This document shows positions 1 to 11,670 of a stretch of 46,862 nt of DNA, piece after piece. The stretch lies in the IMG/VR virus record IMGVR_UViG_3300012007_000008, positions 128,001-174,862 of that record; one strand, given 5' to 3'. A program made the position numbers and the translations under genes. The stretch comes from a virus (taxonomy: Duplodnaviria > Heunggongvirae > Uroviricota > Caudoviricetes). Numbering within the stretch: position 1 is the stretch's first letter; every line of letters begins with the position of its first letter. The notes under the pieces were generated by a model. It searched no databases. It was not told the DNA's origin and saw only the letters and a list, made by a program, of their open reading frames with translations.

Positions 1-124
1 GAGCGGTAAGAATCAGCGGGTTATTCACCAGCTTCTTCTTGATAATCTCCTTATAGAAGATATTCTCGCGACCATTCTACTTCTTGTACTGGATGACATC
101 CTTGAGATTCTTGAAATTCTGCAT
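1..124 (-). CDS. 5' part of a virion morphogenesis gene, truncated by the window edge; one in-frame TAG (77-79)
   Basis: AAGGAGG RBS then ATG at 124; reads MQNFKNLKDVIQYKK*NGRENIFYKEIIKKKLVNNPLILTA through the TAG to the window end. Confidence 0.6.
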
Positions 125-137
125 ATTGGGCCTCCTT

Positions 138-1373
138 TCACATAAAGATTATGTCAAAGGATTCTTCACCCTGAACTTCAGAATCTTCGACAGTAGCGGT
201 ACAAGCCGCGATTATCCGCCGCCCGACGTATGAGTCATCTCCCAAGAACTTCACCTTGATCTTATTGTCTGTCACGCCAGGTTTGGTTTCTACCGGAGCC
301 TCAGTCCCATCGTCCATCCTGAACGACCAATTGTAAGACTGCGCCGGGATCTCTACCCCTTCCTCCGTAAAATATGTGGCAGTCAGCGTTTTGTACGCCC
401 CGCCGATCTTAAAGAGGGCAGTAGTAGAAGACACCACGACTGAGCCAAGCGGTACAATAGGTTCCTAAGATTCAGAATCATCTGTCTCAGGAGTTGCCGG
501 GAATTTGAACCAGTCCGCGTACATTCTCCAGTGATCTGGATCAGACTTGTCTATATAGTCGGTTTTGGGATTGAACGTATCCTGATAAAGCGTGAGCTGT
601 ACGACCCCTCTCGGAGTTGTATTCTCAACTTTAGAAATCTGCCAGGTAATAGGTACATCCATCGGCATACTCAAGATGACACGCTGATTATAGAAGATCT
701 CGTTCGATACACTGTTCCACGGAAGCCAAAACTTAGTTTGCATCTACATGACTGTGGTTTTGTCGAAACTGTAAATTCCCGAATTATATGACGACTGGGT
801 TCTCTGAGATCCCCACATTTTCCGCTTAAACCGACCCTCGGGTTTGTCTATCACCCAATCAAGCTGATAATTGCATCTGACAACGCCGAACTTCGGAAAC
901 TGGTTAGCCACATCCTCGTAAACAACCAGCCATTTCTGATAAACACCTCTGTCATCAGGAATGTCGACATATAAGCCAATCGGGTAACGGACACCGAAAC
1001 GCTTATATTCCCGGAAGTAATCCGGTACGATCGTCTGATTTTCAGGATCCTAGACCCCTTTATTCCAGTCTGACATAGTAAACTGAATGTAGTAATCCGG
1101 GTCATCCTTGGCCAACGACTTATAGTTCTTGATCAAGAACTTCAGCTTGACAGGAATTTTCGCAGAACCTTCTGGCGGGGCATAGTTCGCCCCATACTCA
1201 CATAGATCACTAGTAACCACATCGTCATGAAAATAGTCGTACAGGTAACAAAGCCGAGTTGTCACATCCAGATCAAATGTTTCATCCATGATCCGGTCGG
1301 CATCGGCCTTGATTTGCTTACCTACGGAAGCAGCCGTACCATAATAGCTATTCAACGCACTGAGATAAGCCAT
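138..1373 (-). CDS. Putative head-completion/neck protein (~411 aa), TAG-recoded
   Basis: ORFs 138-437, 465-743 and 1050-1379 share one frame and are separated only by TAG (465, 744, 1050); ends in TGA; lies downstream of the capsid gene. Function inferred from position. Confidence 0.6.
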
Positions 1374-1375
1374 GG

Positions 1376-1714
1376 TCAAACCACCTCCTCCTTCAGTTTC
1401 CCGATCTCTGCCCCAGCAGTGAGAATGCAGTTCCTATACGTCGGAAAGTCAAAATCCTCCCGCGCAAACTCATTCTTAGCAGATTCGAGCCAACTCATAC
1501 AACTGATTATTTCTGGCTGACATAGCAGTAGTTCATTCATCCCTGACAAGCGGCGGAGCAGATTCGTAAACGTCTTGTCAACATTTACCCCCGGGTAACT
1601 CGCGGCAGTTTCAGGATCCACAGCTAAGAGTAAGAAGAAAATAGAACTCCTAAGCCGTTTCTTTTCCTCCGCGATCTGTCCAGGCACAAATTCACCGCCG
1701 TACTTATGCTTCAT
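1376..1714 (-). CDS. Hypothetical virion-module protein (112 aa)
   Basis: Uninterrupted ORF; its ATG overlaps the TGA of the upstream gene (ATGA at 1711-1714). Confidence 0.7.
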   Translation of the reverse strand: MKHKYGGEFVPGQIAEEKKRLRSSIFFLLLAVDPETAASYPGVNVDKTFTNLLRRLSGMNELLLCQPEIISCMSWLESAKNEFAREDFDFPTYRNCILTAGAEIGKLKEEVV

Positions 1715-2172
1715 GACTACGAAGCCTCCACGGCAGCATTGTAGAACGTGTGATCCCTGATGAAGCGCTTCAGCTACACCTCACGCCGCTTAAGCTGTTG
1801 AAGGTTTATGTTAAGCGTATTCTTCAGGGCCTTTTCTTCTTTTCCACCAACGATATACGGACTGAGTGAGACAGAGTTATCCACCTGAGGATACATCCAC
1901 TCAATCGCCATCGCTTGAACGATCACGTCCTACACAAAAGCGTCCTCAGAAGCGGATTCGCCGTTGTTTATCCGCGTCCTGAGAACATAGTTGACTTCCT
2001 CGAAATCGTCATCCTGAGAGATAGAAGAGAAGAGTTTGCGGACTTCAGGTCGCGCCAACCCTCTCCTCAGATAATCTGCCAGGATAGATTTCCTGTCTTT
2101 ATTAGACATGGCTAATAGCGAAGGATCCTTTACGCGTGAGAGGAAGCTTCCGTAAATTTCGTTGTACTCCAT
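1711..2172 (-). CDS. Putative head-tail adaptor protein (153 aa), TAG-recoded
   Basis: ORF 1930-2172 continues through TAG at 1930, 1774 and 1717 to a TGA overlapping the next ATG; GGAGG-type RBS. Function from position only. Confidence 0.6.
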
Positions 2173-2188
2173 AGCTTCCTCCTTTCAG

Positions 2189-2875
2189 TTAGCTGAGGAA
2201 ATCCACGAGAACTGTGCCGGTAACATCGTCGATAATCTTCAGCTTGCTCACCGAAGGATAATTCTCGGCGTGAATCATGGAGATAGCTGTAAATTTGATG
2301 ATCTCGCGGATAGTCCTGTCCGCCGTGCGTAAGAACTTCTCAAAATCATCGTCCGACTTCTCGAACAGATCCTCCGGGTAATCAACCCCGATGAACGGCT
2401 TGTAGATATTACCGATGTCCCTTCTCCACTGGGACAGGAGATCCGGGTCTTCAATAAGAAGCTTCGGCCCAGTGATGATGTCCTGCTTTCTCCATGACTG
2501 AAGATCGCGGTAAGCAACATACTGTTCCGTTCCCCATCCCTCGAAGTAGTACGATCTCTGTTTGTCCATAGAGCTGATGTTCAGCTTCCACGGGCAGACA
2601 GACTTACACAGTATCTGATCGTCAGGAAGGAACTTCTTCTTTGAAACCGGGAGGGTGGCGGCCACATCAGGTTCAGACGCGGCCTTCTCATCGATCTTTG
2701 CCTATCCGATATAGACCTGTTTCTTCAGTTCCTCAAAATGTTTCTGTGCCACCGTGATCATGTCCTCGTCGGCATTCTGCATATGAGAGGAAACTTTGAA
2801 ACCCTGATCCTTCAGATAGGTGATGAGTTCCTTATTCTTGACGCCAAGCTCTTTAGATAAATCGTTAATTTTCAT
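2189..2875 (-). CDS. Protein following the major capsid gene (228 aa) with an N-terminal IF2_N-like domain; one TAG (2702)
   Basis: ATG at 2875 gives MKINDLSKELGVKNKELITYLKDQGFKVSSHMQN, resembling the N-terminal domain of initiation factor IF2; in frame with ORF 2189-2665. Confidence 0.65.
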
Positions 2876-2900
2876 ATCCTTTTAATCCCCTTTACTTCAA

Positions 2901-3995
2901 TTACTGAAGAAGAATCTCACCGAACAGCTCGTCTACGATGATACCAACACCCTGACAGAAAGCGATCAGGTGATCCTGGGTGTTATCCTGGATAGCGCCC
3001 TGCTGCGGATTCCTCTCGGTGTACTCAGTGACACCTTCAACAATGTACTTGATCGGCTTGAACTCACCATCATTCGGCATGATCATGATCTTGTTGTTGT
3101 TGAAGATGTTGGTACGAGTGTTGAGCTTGTTCATACGGTCAAGCGGCATAACATTGTAGCCCTCGTAATTGCCAAGGATCTGATAGTTGTGCCTGTCATC
3201 CTTCATCTGATTGGACCACAGCGAATACGGAACGGTGTTCTGAAGCTTCGCGATGGCAACCTTAGAACCAACAAGCGTGACATCCTTACCCGTCACGGAA
3301 CGAACAAGATCAATATGCTCGACGATAGCTTCGCGATCAGTGCCGTTGTCAGTAGTCGTACTCTGGATGATCATGTCAGACGGCAGGAACGTATCAAGGT
3401 TAGTGAACTCTTCATAGATCATCGCCTTGGTGTATTCCTCGATGGACTTCTCAGCGCGGGCAATCAGCTCGGTGAAGTCGATACGTCCAAGCATCATCTC
3501 GCGAACATTCGCGTATACAGCAATGTAAGCAAAGTCAGTATCAATACGATACGCTCTGCCGGGCTTCAGCTGCTGTCTCACAACGTCGGTGTGGTCATGT
3601 GCCCACTTCGAAACGATGAGTAGACTGTTATCCTTCACCCAGAATTCATTCATGTCACCCTCGGCAATGTTCTTCTGCTCAACCCAAGTCATGAAGAACG
3701 GATTAGTAATGCCGGACTGCATCTTGTCAGTAATGGTGTTCTCGATCAGAGAGTAGAGTTCGGGACCGTGAAGCCTCATGGCCTGACGTCTCTGCTGCGG
3801 GGTCGCGGTCTTGAAGTTAATTCCGAGAATGCGATCAAACTGAGTACGGAACATGTCGTTCGCCTAGTCATGACTGTACTTGACGTATACACCATTAGCG
3901 GCGTCATTCATGAGTTCCTGGAAAGCTTCAACGTTCTTTACGTCGTCATCAAACTTGCTGACCATGTAGTCAGAAAATACCAGAAGATTTCTCAT
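2901..3995 (-). CDS. Major capsid protein (364 aa), one TAG at codon 44
   Basis: ATG at 3995 after a strong RBS, in frame with ORF 2901-3854 via TAG 3864-3866 (KYSHD*ANDMFR); size and position after portal, protease and a ~200 aa gene match SPbeta YonB-type capsid order. Confidence 0.8.
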
Positions 3996-4020
3996 ATCTT
4001 TTCCCTCCTTTCTTCATTTA

Positions 4021-4635
4021 TTAAGAGATCTGCTTGTTCTGGACAGCCTGAATGTAGACCTTAGTGGTATACTCAAGGTTGTCAAAACCGAACTGATAGA
4101 TCTTACCGATAAAGCCGTAGGTAGCGGGATTAGCGGAAGCGACAGCCTTCCAGCCGCCGTTACCGTCAACTACAACATACTGGCCCTTCGCGAGCTTGTT
4201 TCCAGCGACGGAAGTGAAAGAATAATCAGCGATGCAGAAAATATCATAATCATCATCGGCGATCTCGTATGTCTTTACGTCCTTGCCGGCCTTGTTGTAG
4301 AAGAAGTGGCGCTCTTCCTGAGACTTGACAAGTGCATCCTTTACGATTGCAGGACTGCCTGTGATGGCGATCTTGTCACCAGCCTTAGCAATAGTTGCGT
4401 AGACCTCAGAAAGTCCATTTCCTGTTAGTTCACCGATCTTGACGGCGACTCCGTTATCCACATCAATCGGAACCAGCTTTGTTACAGCGCTAGCCCCTTC
4501 ACCTTCAGTTACTTCCTCGCAAACAAGCGCGTCCCAGATACGTCCACCGCCTGAGAACGTGCTACGAAGTCGACTAGATTCGAAGATTCCATGTCTATTC
4601 GCGGCTACAGCGGTTGCGTTAGTATAAATAGCCAT
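4021..4635 (-). CDS. Putative capsid-associated/decoration protein (204 aa)
   Basis: AGGAGG RBS before MAIYTNA; Gly/Ala-rich; sits between scaffold and capsid genes; no TAG. Confidence 0.6.
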   Translation of the reverse strand: MAIYTNATAVAANRHGIFESSRLRSTFSGGGRIWDALVCEEVTEGEGASAVTKLVPIDVDNGVAVKIGELTGNGLSEVYATIAKAGDKIAITGSPAIVKDALVKSQEERHFFYNKAGKDVKTYEIADDDYDIFCIADYSFTSVAGNKLAKGQYVVVDGNGGWKAVASANPATYGFIGKIYQFGFDNLEYTTKVYIQAVQNKQIS

Positions 4636-4668
4636 ATACTTATTCCTCCTTTTCATTTTTAAATACAT

Positions 4669-4695
4669 AAAAAGAGAGCGACCTAATCGCTCCCC
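4669..4695 (-). terminator. Intrinsic terminator-like hairpin
   Basis: GGGGAGCGATTAGGTCGCTCTC followed by a T run on the minus strand. Confidence 0.5.
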
Positions 4696-4707
4696 ATTCG
4701 TTCGTTA

Positions 4708-6408
4708 TTACCTCTTACTTCTATCTCTCAGCCCATCAAGGAAAGAGCTAGAAGACTCGTCCTTCTGAAGGAAGCCAAACATCTTCGGCTGCTTCTTCGA
4801 AGTGTCTTTACCCTAATCAGCCGCGAAACTCTGCTTCTTAGAAGGCTTGTCATCAAACTGAGCCGCAAAGGCCAGTTCACACTGAGTCTTCAGATCTTCC
4901 AGAGAATAATTCTCCTTATTCTCCCTCAGGGTCTTGAATTCCTCAGCTTCCTGATACTTCGCGTACTTCCCATCATTCAGGATCTCATCGCGCTTAGCGT
5001 TAAGTTCAGCCAACTCATACTTCGCAACCTTTTCCTGAAGAGAAGAATAGTTAGCCCTCATCTCATTCAGGGATGCCAGTTCATCGTCGGTCACGTATTC
5101 AGCATGAAGAGCGTAGCGCTCGCCATCCAAGTTTACGTTGTCGCCATCGACAGTGTACTTGGCTCCCCAGATCTGGTTTGACCAGAATCCTGAAGCGACG
5201 AACTTGCCGTCATATACCTTGTCGATGCAGTACCAGTCGTTGTCTTCCTCATCCCAACCAGAGATAAGGTTGTAGAGAGCGTAGCGGATGTCTTCATGGC
5301 TGATCTCAAAGTTCACGGAGAACTTAAGACCGTCGCGCTCGATTACACGGTTCAGAGAACGTTTCTTGCTGCCTGAATCGGTAGAAGAGTTGTCGTCATC
5401 GTCGCCATCGTCATCATCTTCATCGTCGTCACCGCTCGGCTCAGGGTCTGTCTGGTCGGGATCAGTTTGGTCATTGCCGCCGGTTTCTTCTCCGGTCTCA
5501 TCACCAGTCTCGCCGCCGGTTCCACCTTCACCTTCGCCATCAAACTGAGCGCCGTTCTCATTCAGATTCTCATTCTCTTCGTTAAGAGTTTTCTTCTTCA
5601 CTGTATCTTCCTCCTTCCCTTCATTATTTTTATTAAAGCTCTCGATTGTAGCCTTCAACCCGTCGAGAGATTCAATCAGAGTATTCATCTGATCTTCAGA
5701 GAAGGAAACTACAGGTTCTTCCTCTGAATAGGCAAAGTCTTTCAATTGAAGCTTTGAACCTACCATCCCTTCCTGAACAAATTCGCCCGTGTTAGGATTC
5801 TTACCTAAGAGGGTATATCCAGAAACTTCTACATCAGTCAGTTCAAGATATTTATCCTTTGCGTTATAAGAGCAAGCGTTTACTAAGAGTTCTACCGAAC
5901 CTTTAGTGCCACCTTCTCTTTCAATAATACTAGCAGCATGCGTATATTCTCTAGGGATAGCACATTCCGCTTCGAGATAATCTTTTCCGTTCTCGTCATC
6001 ATGAACAATCCGGGGTTCTTCGCTAGTGAAGCAACCAACCTGACGTTCTTGATATTCGACAGATCCGTCCTAATTGATGGTCATATCATGAGAAGTAAAC
6101 CATTCCAGTCCAGTTTCTGGATCAATCCAGAAATTAGCAAGAATAGGTTTATATTCGATAGTAGCCTTAGAATTCTCCGCTGCCTATTCAGTCACGCCCG
6201 ACCCATTTCTATTCCGAAATAAATGATATACACGGACAGTCCCAAATAACATTGTGTCAGTAGACTTGCTACTATTTTCCTCAAAGATAGCGGAAGAGCG
6301 GACAGCGATTTGGTATCCACTCTATTTTGCATCAAAATTGACGGAGTGATTATGGTCAACGAAAAAATAATAAAGATCATCCCAGGTCAGTATTTTCTTC
6401 CTCTGCAA
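4708..6408 (-). CDS. Prohead protease/scaffold fusion (566 aa), TAG-recoded
   Basis: TTG start after AGGAGGTG; single frame to TAA 4708 with TAG at 6322, 6184, 6070 and 4813; N-terminal NRNGS...KPILA and SVEL motifs, then an acidic linker and coiled-coil C-terminus; follows the portal. Confidence 0.75.
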
Positions 6409-6426
6409 CCAGATCACCTCCTTTAC

Positions 6427-6615
6427 TTAAAAATCAAGACGATTCGAGTATGTCGCGTTAGTAATATCTAACTCGTCATAAAGCTTCATGTCATTCAGGA
6501 ACGTTGCGGTTTTGCCGTCGTAGGAGAGAAGAGTAAACCCGAGCGATTCAAGCGTTTTCTTCGTACCCTCGTCCTGAGTCTTGATAAACTTCTGGTTCTT
6601 ATCTGTTTTATTCAT
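6427..6615 (-). CDS. Small hypothetical protein (62 aa)
   Basis: Start overlaps the portal stop (TAATG). Confidence 0.6.
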   Translation of the reverse strand: MNKTDKNQKFIKTQDEGTKKTLESLGFTLLSYDGKTATFLNDMKLYDELDITNATYSNRLDF

Positions 6616-8159
6616 TATTTATTCCCCTTATCCTCATTTTTACCGCTGTCGCGGGTTGATACGCCTTCAGGCGAAAGATCCCCTTCATCCTTCTCAGGGC
6701 GGCCATTTTTATTATCCGACTGGGTATAAGATGTTTGTAACGGATCCATATATTCCTGAATCTGAAGGATATCCTTCTCGAATAATAGTTTATTCTTCAA
6801 AGAGTACGGATCTGAGCCGAGAGCAATCAAGTAATCGGTTTTTGATCCGCCCAAAGTCGCTGCCTCCTTCTTCTCCGCTACATATTCATCGTGATTGTAG
6901 CGAGTAAGATCAAGAATCTCGAAATGCACATTCTCAGCAATATTCTTCTTGATATAGAAGTTGAACCAAGACTCGATCCGGCGAATCCAGATAGAGATCT
7001 TGCCAAGATCATTTGCAATACTGTACTTTATTCCAGAGGCATTTGAGGAATTTCCGCTACTTATGATTAGCCTGTTAATACCCGCATTAGCGAACAGGTT
7101 ATTCATGGCGTTGCCGAGTTCATCAGTATCCGCCGTAGAAGTAGACTTCTCAAAAGACACCACCTCAACATCACACGGCGTAGTACCGACTCCGACGTTA
7201 TCCGGGACAGCCTCTTCCTCCATAGCCTGGAAGTAGTTGAGCATATCCAAGGAGACCGCGAAGTCATCCACGTCCTCTGTATTCTTCAAGAACGGGATCT
7301 TGTTCAGGATCAGCTTGTAATTCTGAAGCTCGTTCTTATTCGCAATCAAAGTCTCTGTGTCCAAAAGCTGGAGCAGAGACTTAAATAAAGGTAGGAAGTA
7401 GGGGAGCGGCAAATAGAACTCGTCGCTTGTCGTCGCAATGAAACAAGCGGTTAATTCCGGTGTGAGCTGAAACCACTGATAATCACGCCCCTGGTTCTTA
7501 TAGGCGTTGTACCCATCAACAAAGCACGGATCCCAGAGGCCCGTGCCTTCTTCATCACCGTCTATGACAAAGTCTTTGTTGTTTCCCTGATCAAAATAGG
7601 AGGCGTCGAAGTAGACAATCCACTGACCTTCGGGCGTCTTACCGTAAATCCGGCAGTACTTGATGTCCAGCGGCATCAGGAACATGCCATTTTCTTCGGA
7701 GTTATACATGAACCCGACGAACATTCCGTCCCTGAGCATCTGAAAGATAATGTCGTTCAGTTCCCCGGGGAGATTAAACCCATGTAGGAGAGTGGCGACT
7801 GTATTGTAGTTCTTCAACTACTTGGCACTCATTCCCTTCGACAAGTCGACGAGAGGAGTGAGATTGTACCTATACTCGTACATAGAAGCGTAGTACTGAA
7901 GCATCAGCTTGTATGGCATGGACACACGAGTCAGAAACCGCGAGATTTCGCGGATGTTGTCAAGGTTGTTCAGCGGCGACTGTGTGTAGTCATCCAACGT
8001 CTCACGCGTATACTGAGTATACGTCTTCGTGAGCACCTTTGCCGGATTTCGCTGAAGGATCCTGTCAGATATACTCTGGAAGAAAGAACGATCCATTTCC
8101 TGAGCGCGTTCCCTCTTCAGTTTGTTACTGCTATTGCCGAAAAGATTAAAAATACCCGT
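6615..8159 (-). CDS. Portal protein (~514 aa), one TAG (7818)
   Basis: ORFs 6615-7817 and 7818-8168 are contiguous in frame; immediately downstream of the terminase; C-terminal PLQTSYTQS...GRP motif typical of SPbeta-type portals. Start uncertain: ACG 8159 is best spaced from the RBS, GTG 8168 lies inside it. Confidence 0.8.
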
Positions 8160-8175
8160 AGCGATCACCTCCTTC

Positions 8176-9633
8176 TTACGAATATCTTGTTACTTTCACC
8201 GGGCGGCGAATGCGTAACATATCTTTGTAGTTGCTCTCAATCTTGCGAGCTGGTATTATCTGTTTCCTACGTTCCAACATGAGGGCAAAACACGCCATTG
8301 CGGACACATAGGCGCGGTCATCATGCATACGTGAAGCCTTTTCTGGGATCAATTCAAATGAATCCTTACCAGACTATCTCCGTTTCCTTACCATGTTCGT
8401 AAGTTCCTATTTGAGAGCGTCCATATTAGCGAGAGCTATCTTATCTTCCCAATCGAGCTTGATAGTTTTCGTTTCAAGCTCTGACGTCAACTCCTACTTG
8501 AGCCGCTTTTCAAAATCTGCCTCGTTGAGTTTCTATTTCTTCAGTTTCTCTACTAGTTTGGCCTTCTTCTTAGCGGTCTCTTCTTCATCGATGTCGAACA
8601 CCGTCAAATGATCTTTATTGTCATAAGGCGCAGTAAAAGACACCTTATCCTGATTCATTAACTCTATCATGGATTCAAACATTTCAGATTTATATTGAGA
8701 CGGGGAAATAAGACGAAGCTTATCTACAGCGTTCGGGAATTTCTTCACGTATTCAGAAGAGTATTCCTTATCAATCAAACCCCGATGAACAATTCCTTCA
8801 GAATCAGTCCAGTCTGACATAAGAAAGTCGGCTATATTTACGCCGCCTCCACCAGACCCGGCATCAACAAAAACGCCTATGATATTCCCGTAAGCATCGG
8901 CCCCGCCGTTATAAGCGAGAATTACCTTCTTCAGATATTCAATCTGATCAGGCGTTTGCATAGGCGACTTAAGCCTTTTACCTACATCAACAAGATTGAT
9001 ACAATTGACAAAACGCATTCGTTTGTCTATGGCGCCATCAATTCTGATAAAATCGTATATCTACGCTACTAGAATCACAGAATTGTCGCGACTTCGGGCC
9101 GGGTCATAACAGATCACAAACTTTTTATCTCCAGTGTCGTTGTATAGAAGAGGTTTTCTGGTCTCTTCATTACGAATGATAACTGAGCGTTTGATGATCG
9201 CATCGGTTCCGGCATCTGTCGTGAATTCACAGTAATACTCACGACGGGCTTTGTCAGGATTGGTTCTAATCTCACTCTAAATAATCGAAGATTCGAAGAG
9301 CGGATTCATTAATTTACCGTGAATAGTCGGATGAAGCGGAATATCACACGTTATCACCGCCACGAAATATCTTTTATCACCCATGATCATTCTCTTGGAA
9401 AATTCCCTGAAAAAGCTATAAAACTTCGTATCTGTTGAAGAAGCAGAAGATATGTAAAATAATTGGTTAGGAATTTCTCTTGGAAGAGTGCGAAGTCTAA
9501 CGGAGTCAATCATATTTCCGTTTCCGTCACGTCCTGATTTAAACGATTTGTTAACGATAGCGAAAGCGCCGTAGACGTTCATCATTTCCTAAGATAAGAA
9601 ACCACACTAATCGAAAATTACGTTACCACGAGC
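8176..9633 (-). CDS. terL: Terminase large subunit, exon 2 (Walker B plus nuclease domain), 8 in-frame TAG
   Basis: ARGNVIFD*CGF (Walker B), YISSAS, YDPARSRDNS, VDAGSGGGG and HDDRAY motifs; open to TAA 8176 if TAG is sense. Confidence 0.9.
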
Positions 9634-11064
9634 CAATTTGTTATCCTTCAGGCTTTTTATCCTGAAGCTCTTGCAGTTTTAGTTCCTGCAACGTTCGGCG
9701 TACCTTTTCACCTACAGCGTTATCTGTTTAGGGGCGGGGACTCTTGGGAAGATTATATTCTGTTTCCAGCTTCACTTCCTACGCTCTGCGTGTGACCAAG
9801 CTTTTATACTTAGCCTTCCACTCGGATTGGCATTTCAGCCTTCCCGATTTCTTCCCCGCTTCAATAAACCAGTCATTTCTAACTGGCGAGGCCCTCGTGG
9901 TCATTATTATTCAAACTACTTAAATAACGCTTATATTTACGATCTAAGTAAATATTAGCATCATCATAAATCCAATGAAGATATTTTTGCGTAAATCCAT
10001 GTCCCGCAATCTGTAAACGGTAGCAATCCACAAATTGATCTTTTGCTGGTTTATGGAGGCAAATATAGGAATTAATTCCATTCTCATATAATATTGCCCT
10101 TAATTCCTCTAAGAAAACTTTAGATACAGAATAAAAACAACACTCAGCTACTTTATAATGAAAATAAATACACCCATCACCATCAAAAAATCCTCGCACA
10201 AAATCTTTATATAAATGTTTAGGAATTTGAGGCAAAGTCATAGTATATGTTTTGTCTCTGGTAACGCCAATTTTTTCAAGATCTTTCATCATTTTCTGAG
10301 AAAATATTCTGAGACAACATAATTCGTGCAGAGTATCATATTTACTTAATGAACATGGCCTCCACCTTGTTGTAATTCTATAATTACCGGCAATTGATTT
10401 ATTAAATTTTTTCAAATGGCTATAATCTTTAATGGCTAATTCTATGCCGACAACACCACTATGCGTAGTATCATTTTCATTTATCCAACCGTCTGCGTAA
10501 ATAAAACCAAGCCAATAAGCTTTTTCTTCTGTATCAATATTATGAAAGAAATCATAATCACAATAATAAGGGGATTTTTTTAACCCAAGTTTACTTCCTT
10601 TTATATGGATAGAATTCTATGTTCTCCCCATCATTTCTGCGATTTCAGGATTAGAGAAATCATAATATACAGATTTTAAGAATTCTATTTCTTCTTCTGT
10701 CCAGGAGTCTTTTTTAACAAGATTTAAGTCAAAACACTTAGCTCGAATATTACTCTCTGTTCTTCCTAATTTCTCGGCAATGTCAGAATATAACATGCTT
10801 TCATAGTTTTCTTTTAAGAAATTTACCTAATATTCTGTCCAACGTGTTTCTAACTTTTTTGTAAAACCTAATTGGCTCAATTTTGTAGATATAGTTCCTT
10901 TTGTTCTTCCTAATTTTTCTGCCATCTCCGCATGAGTCATTGTCATGTAGTTTTCTTCTAAAAATTTAATATCTTCATCTGTAAATCTTTTAATTTTCAT
11001 TTATACTTTCCTTTCTTCATATAGAAATTTAATTATATAAACAAAATAATTATAAGTCGATTCG
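9634..11064 (-). mobile_element. Group I intron in terL carrying a homing endonuclease
   Basis: Removing it joins KKRG|ARGNVIFD in frame; 5' exon ends in U and intron ends in G; guide sequence ACCACGAGGGCCTC (9888-9901) pairs with the 5' exon (GAGGU, U-G pair) and the 3' exon (CUCGUGGU); core-like motifs AAATCGGGAA, AATCCGAG, CAGAGCGTA and AAGGTACGCC at 9634-9870. Confidence 0.85.
9873..11000 (-). CDS. Intron-encoded double-motif LAGLIDADG homing endonuclease with three N-terminal HTH-like repeats (375 aa), 3 TAG
   Basis: AYWLGFIYADG and DFVRGFFDGDG motifs; C-terminal YLDRKY; ATG 11000 with RBS; TAG at 10827, 10617 and 9879; TGA at 9873. Confidence 0.85.
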
Positions 11065-11670
11065 ACCTCTTTTTTTATCAATATTGCTGTTGAGCGTCTG
11101 TGTATAAGACCCATTATACAAATTATAATTAAATCCGTTCGATGAATGGCTAAAACCGTCACCGGCACTATTATGAATTTCAACCTCATTTTTAAAAACG
11201 TTAAAGGTTGAACCCATAAACGAGTCAATGTTGTCATTCGCCAATCTTTCCAAAGTTGAAAATGTTTGTTCTGCTTGGCTTCCAGATCCACTGGCTATAT
11301 ATGTCCAATAATTATTCATCAACATATCATGAGCCATTGTAATAATATCAATTACGGAACTTTTCCCGTAACCCCGGCTTGCGACCAATAAAACATTTGG
11401 ACAAATCCACGCTTGCTGAACAATCCAAGCTTGAGAATCCAAAAGCTATACATTAAACCAGTCGTTTATAAACCTAACGGGGTTACACTGATAGTACTTC
11501 TGAGCATAGGCGATCTTTACCAAAGACTATATCTTTCTCTGAGAAAGGGCATAGATACCTTCCCTGACAAATATTTTATTTTCCTGATAATGGTTTTTTA
11601 GTTTATGCTCAGACACTTTACCCTAATCTATAAGCGACTGCTTTATTTGTTCAAAATCATCCAGTTTCAT
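11065..11670 (-). CDS. terL: Terminase large subunit, exon 1 (Walker A), 3 in-frame TAG
   Basis: ATG 11670 after GGAGGTG; NPVRF and ASRGYGKS (Walker A); TAG at 11623, 11527 and 11446. Confidence 0.9.

Noticed and set aside
2970-3623. 217-aa plus-strand ORF and other antisense ORFs in the track (e.g. 13996-14406, 35862-36437)
   Set aside because: Shadow ORFs opposite well-supported genes, without recognisable motifs
9589-9609. Standard code 15 (TAG=Gln) interpretation
   Set aside because: It would put Gln at the catalytic Walker B Glu of an essential terminase and fits the HU and repeat alignments worse; the suppressor lacks Gln identity elements. Not formally excluded without alignment statistics or proteomics.
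11001-11291. 96-aa ORF overlapping terL exon 1
   Set aside because: Alternative frame over the terminase exon and the intron 5' end, with no independent support
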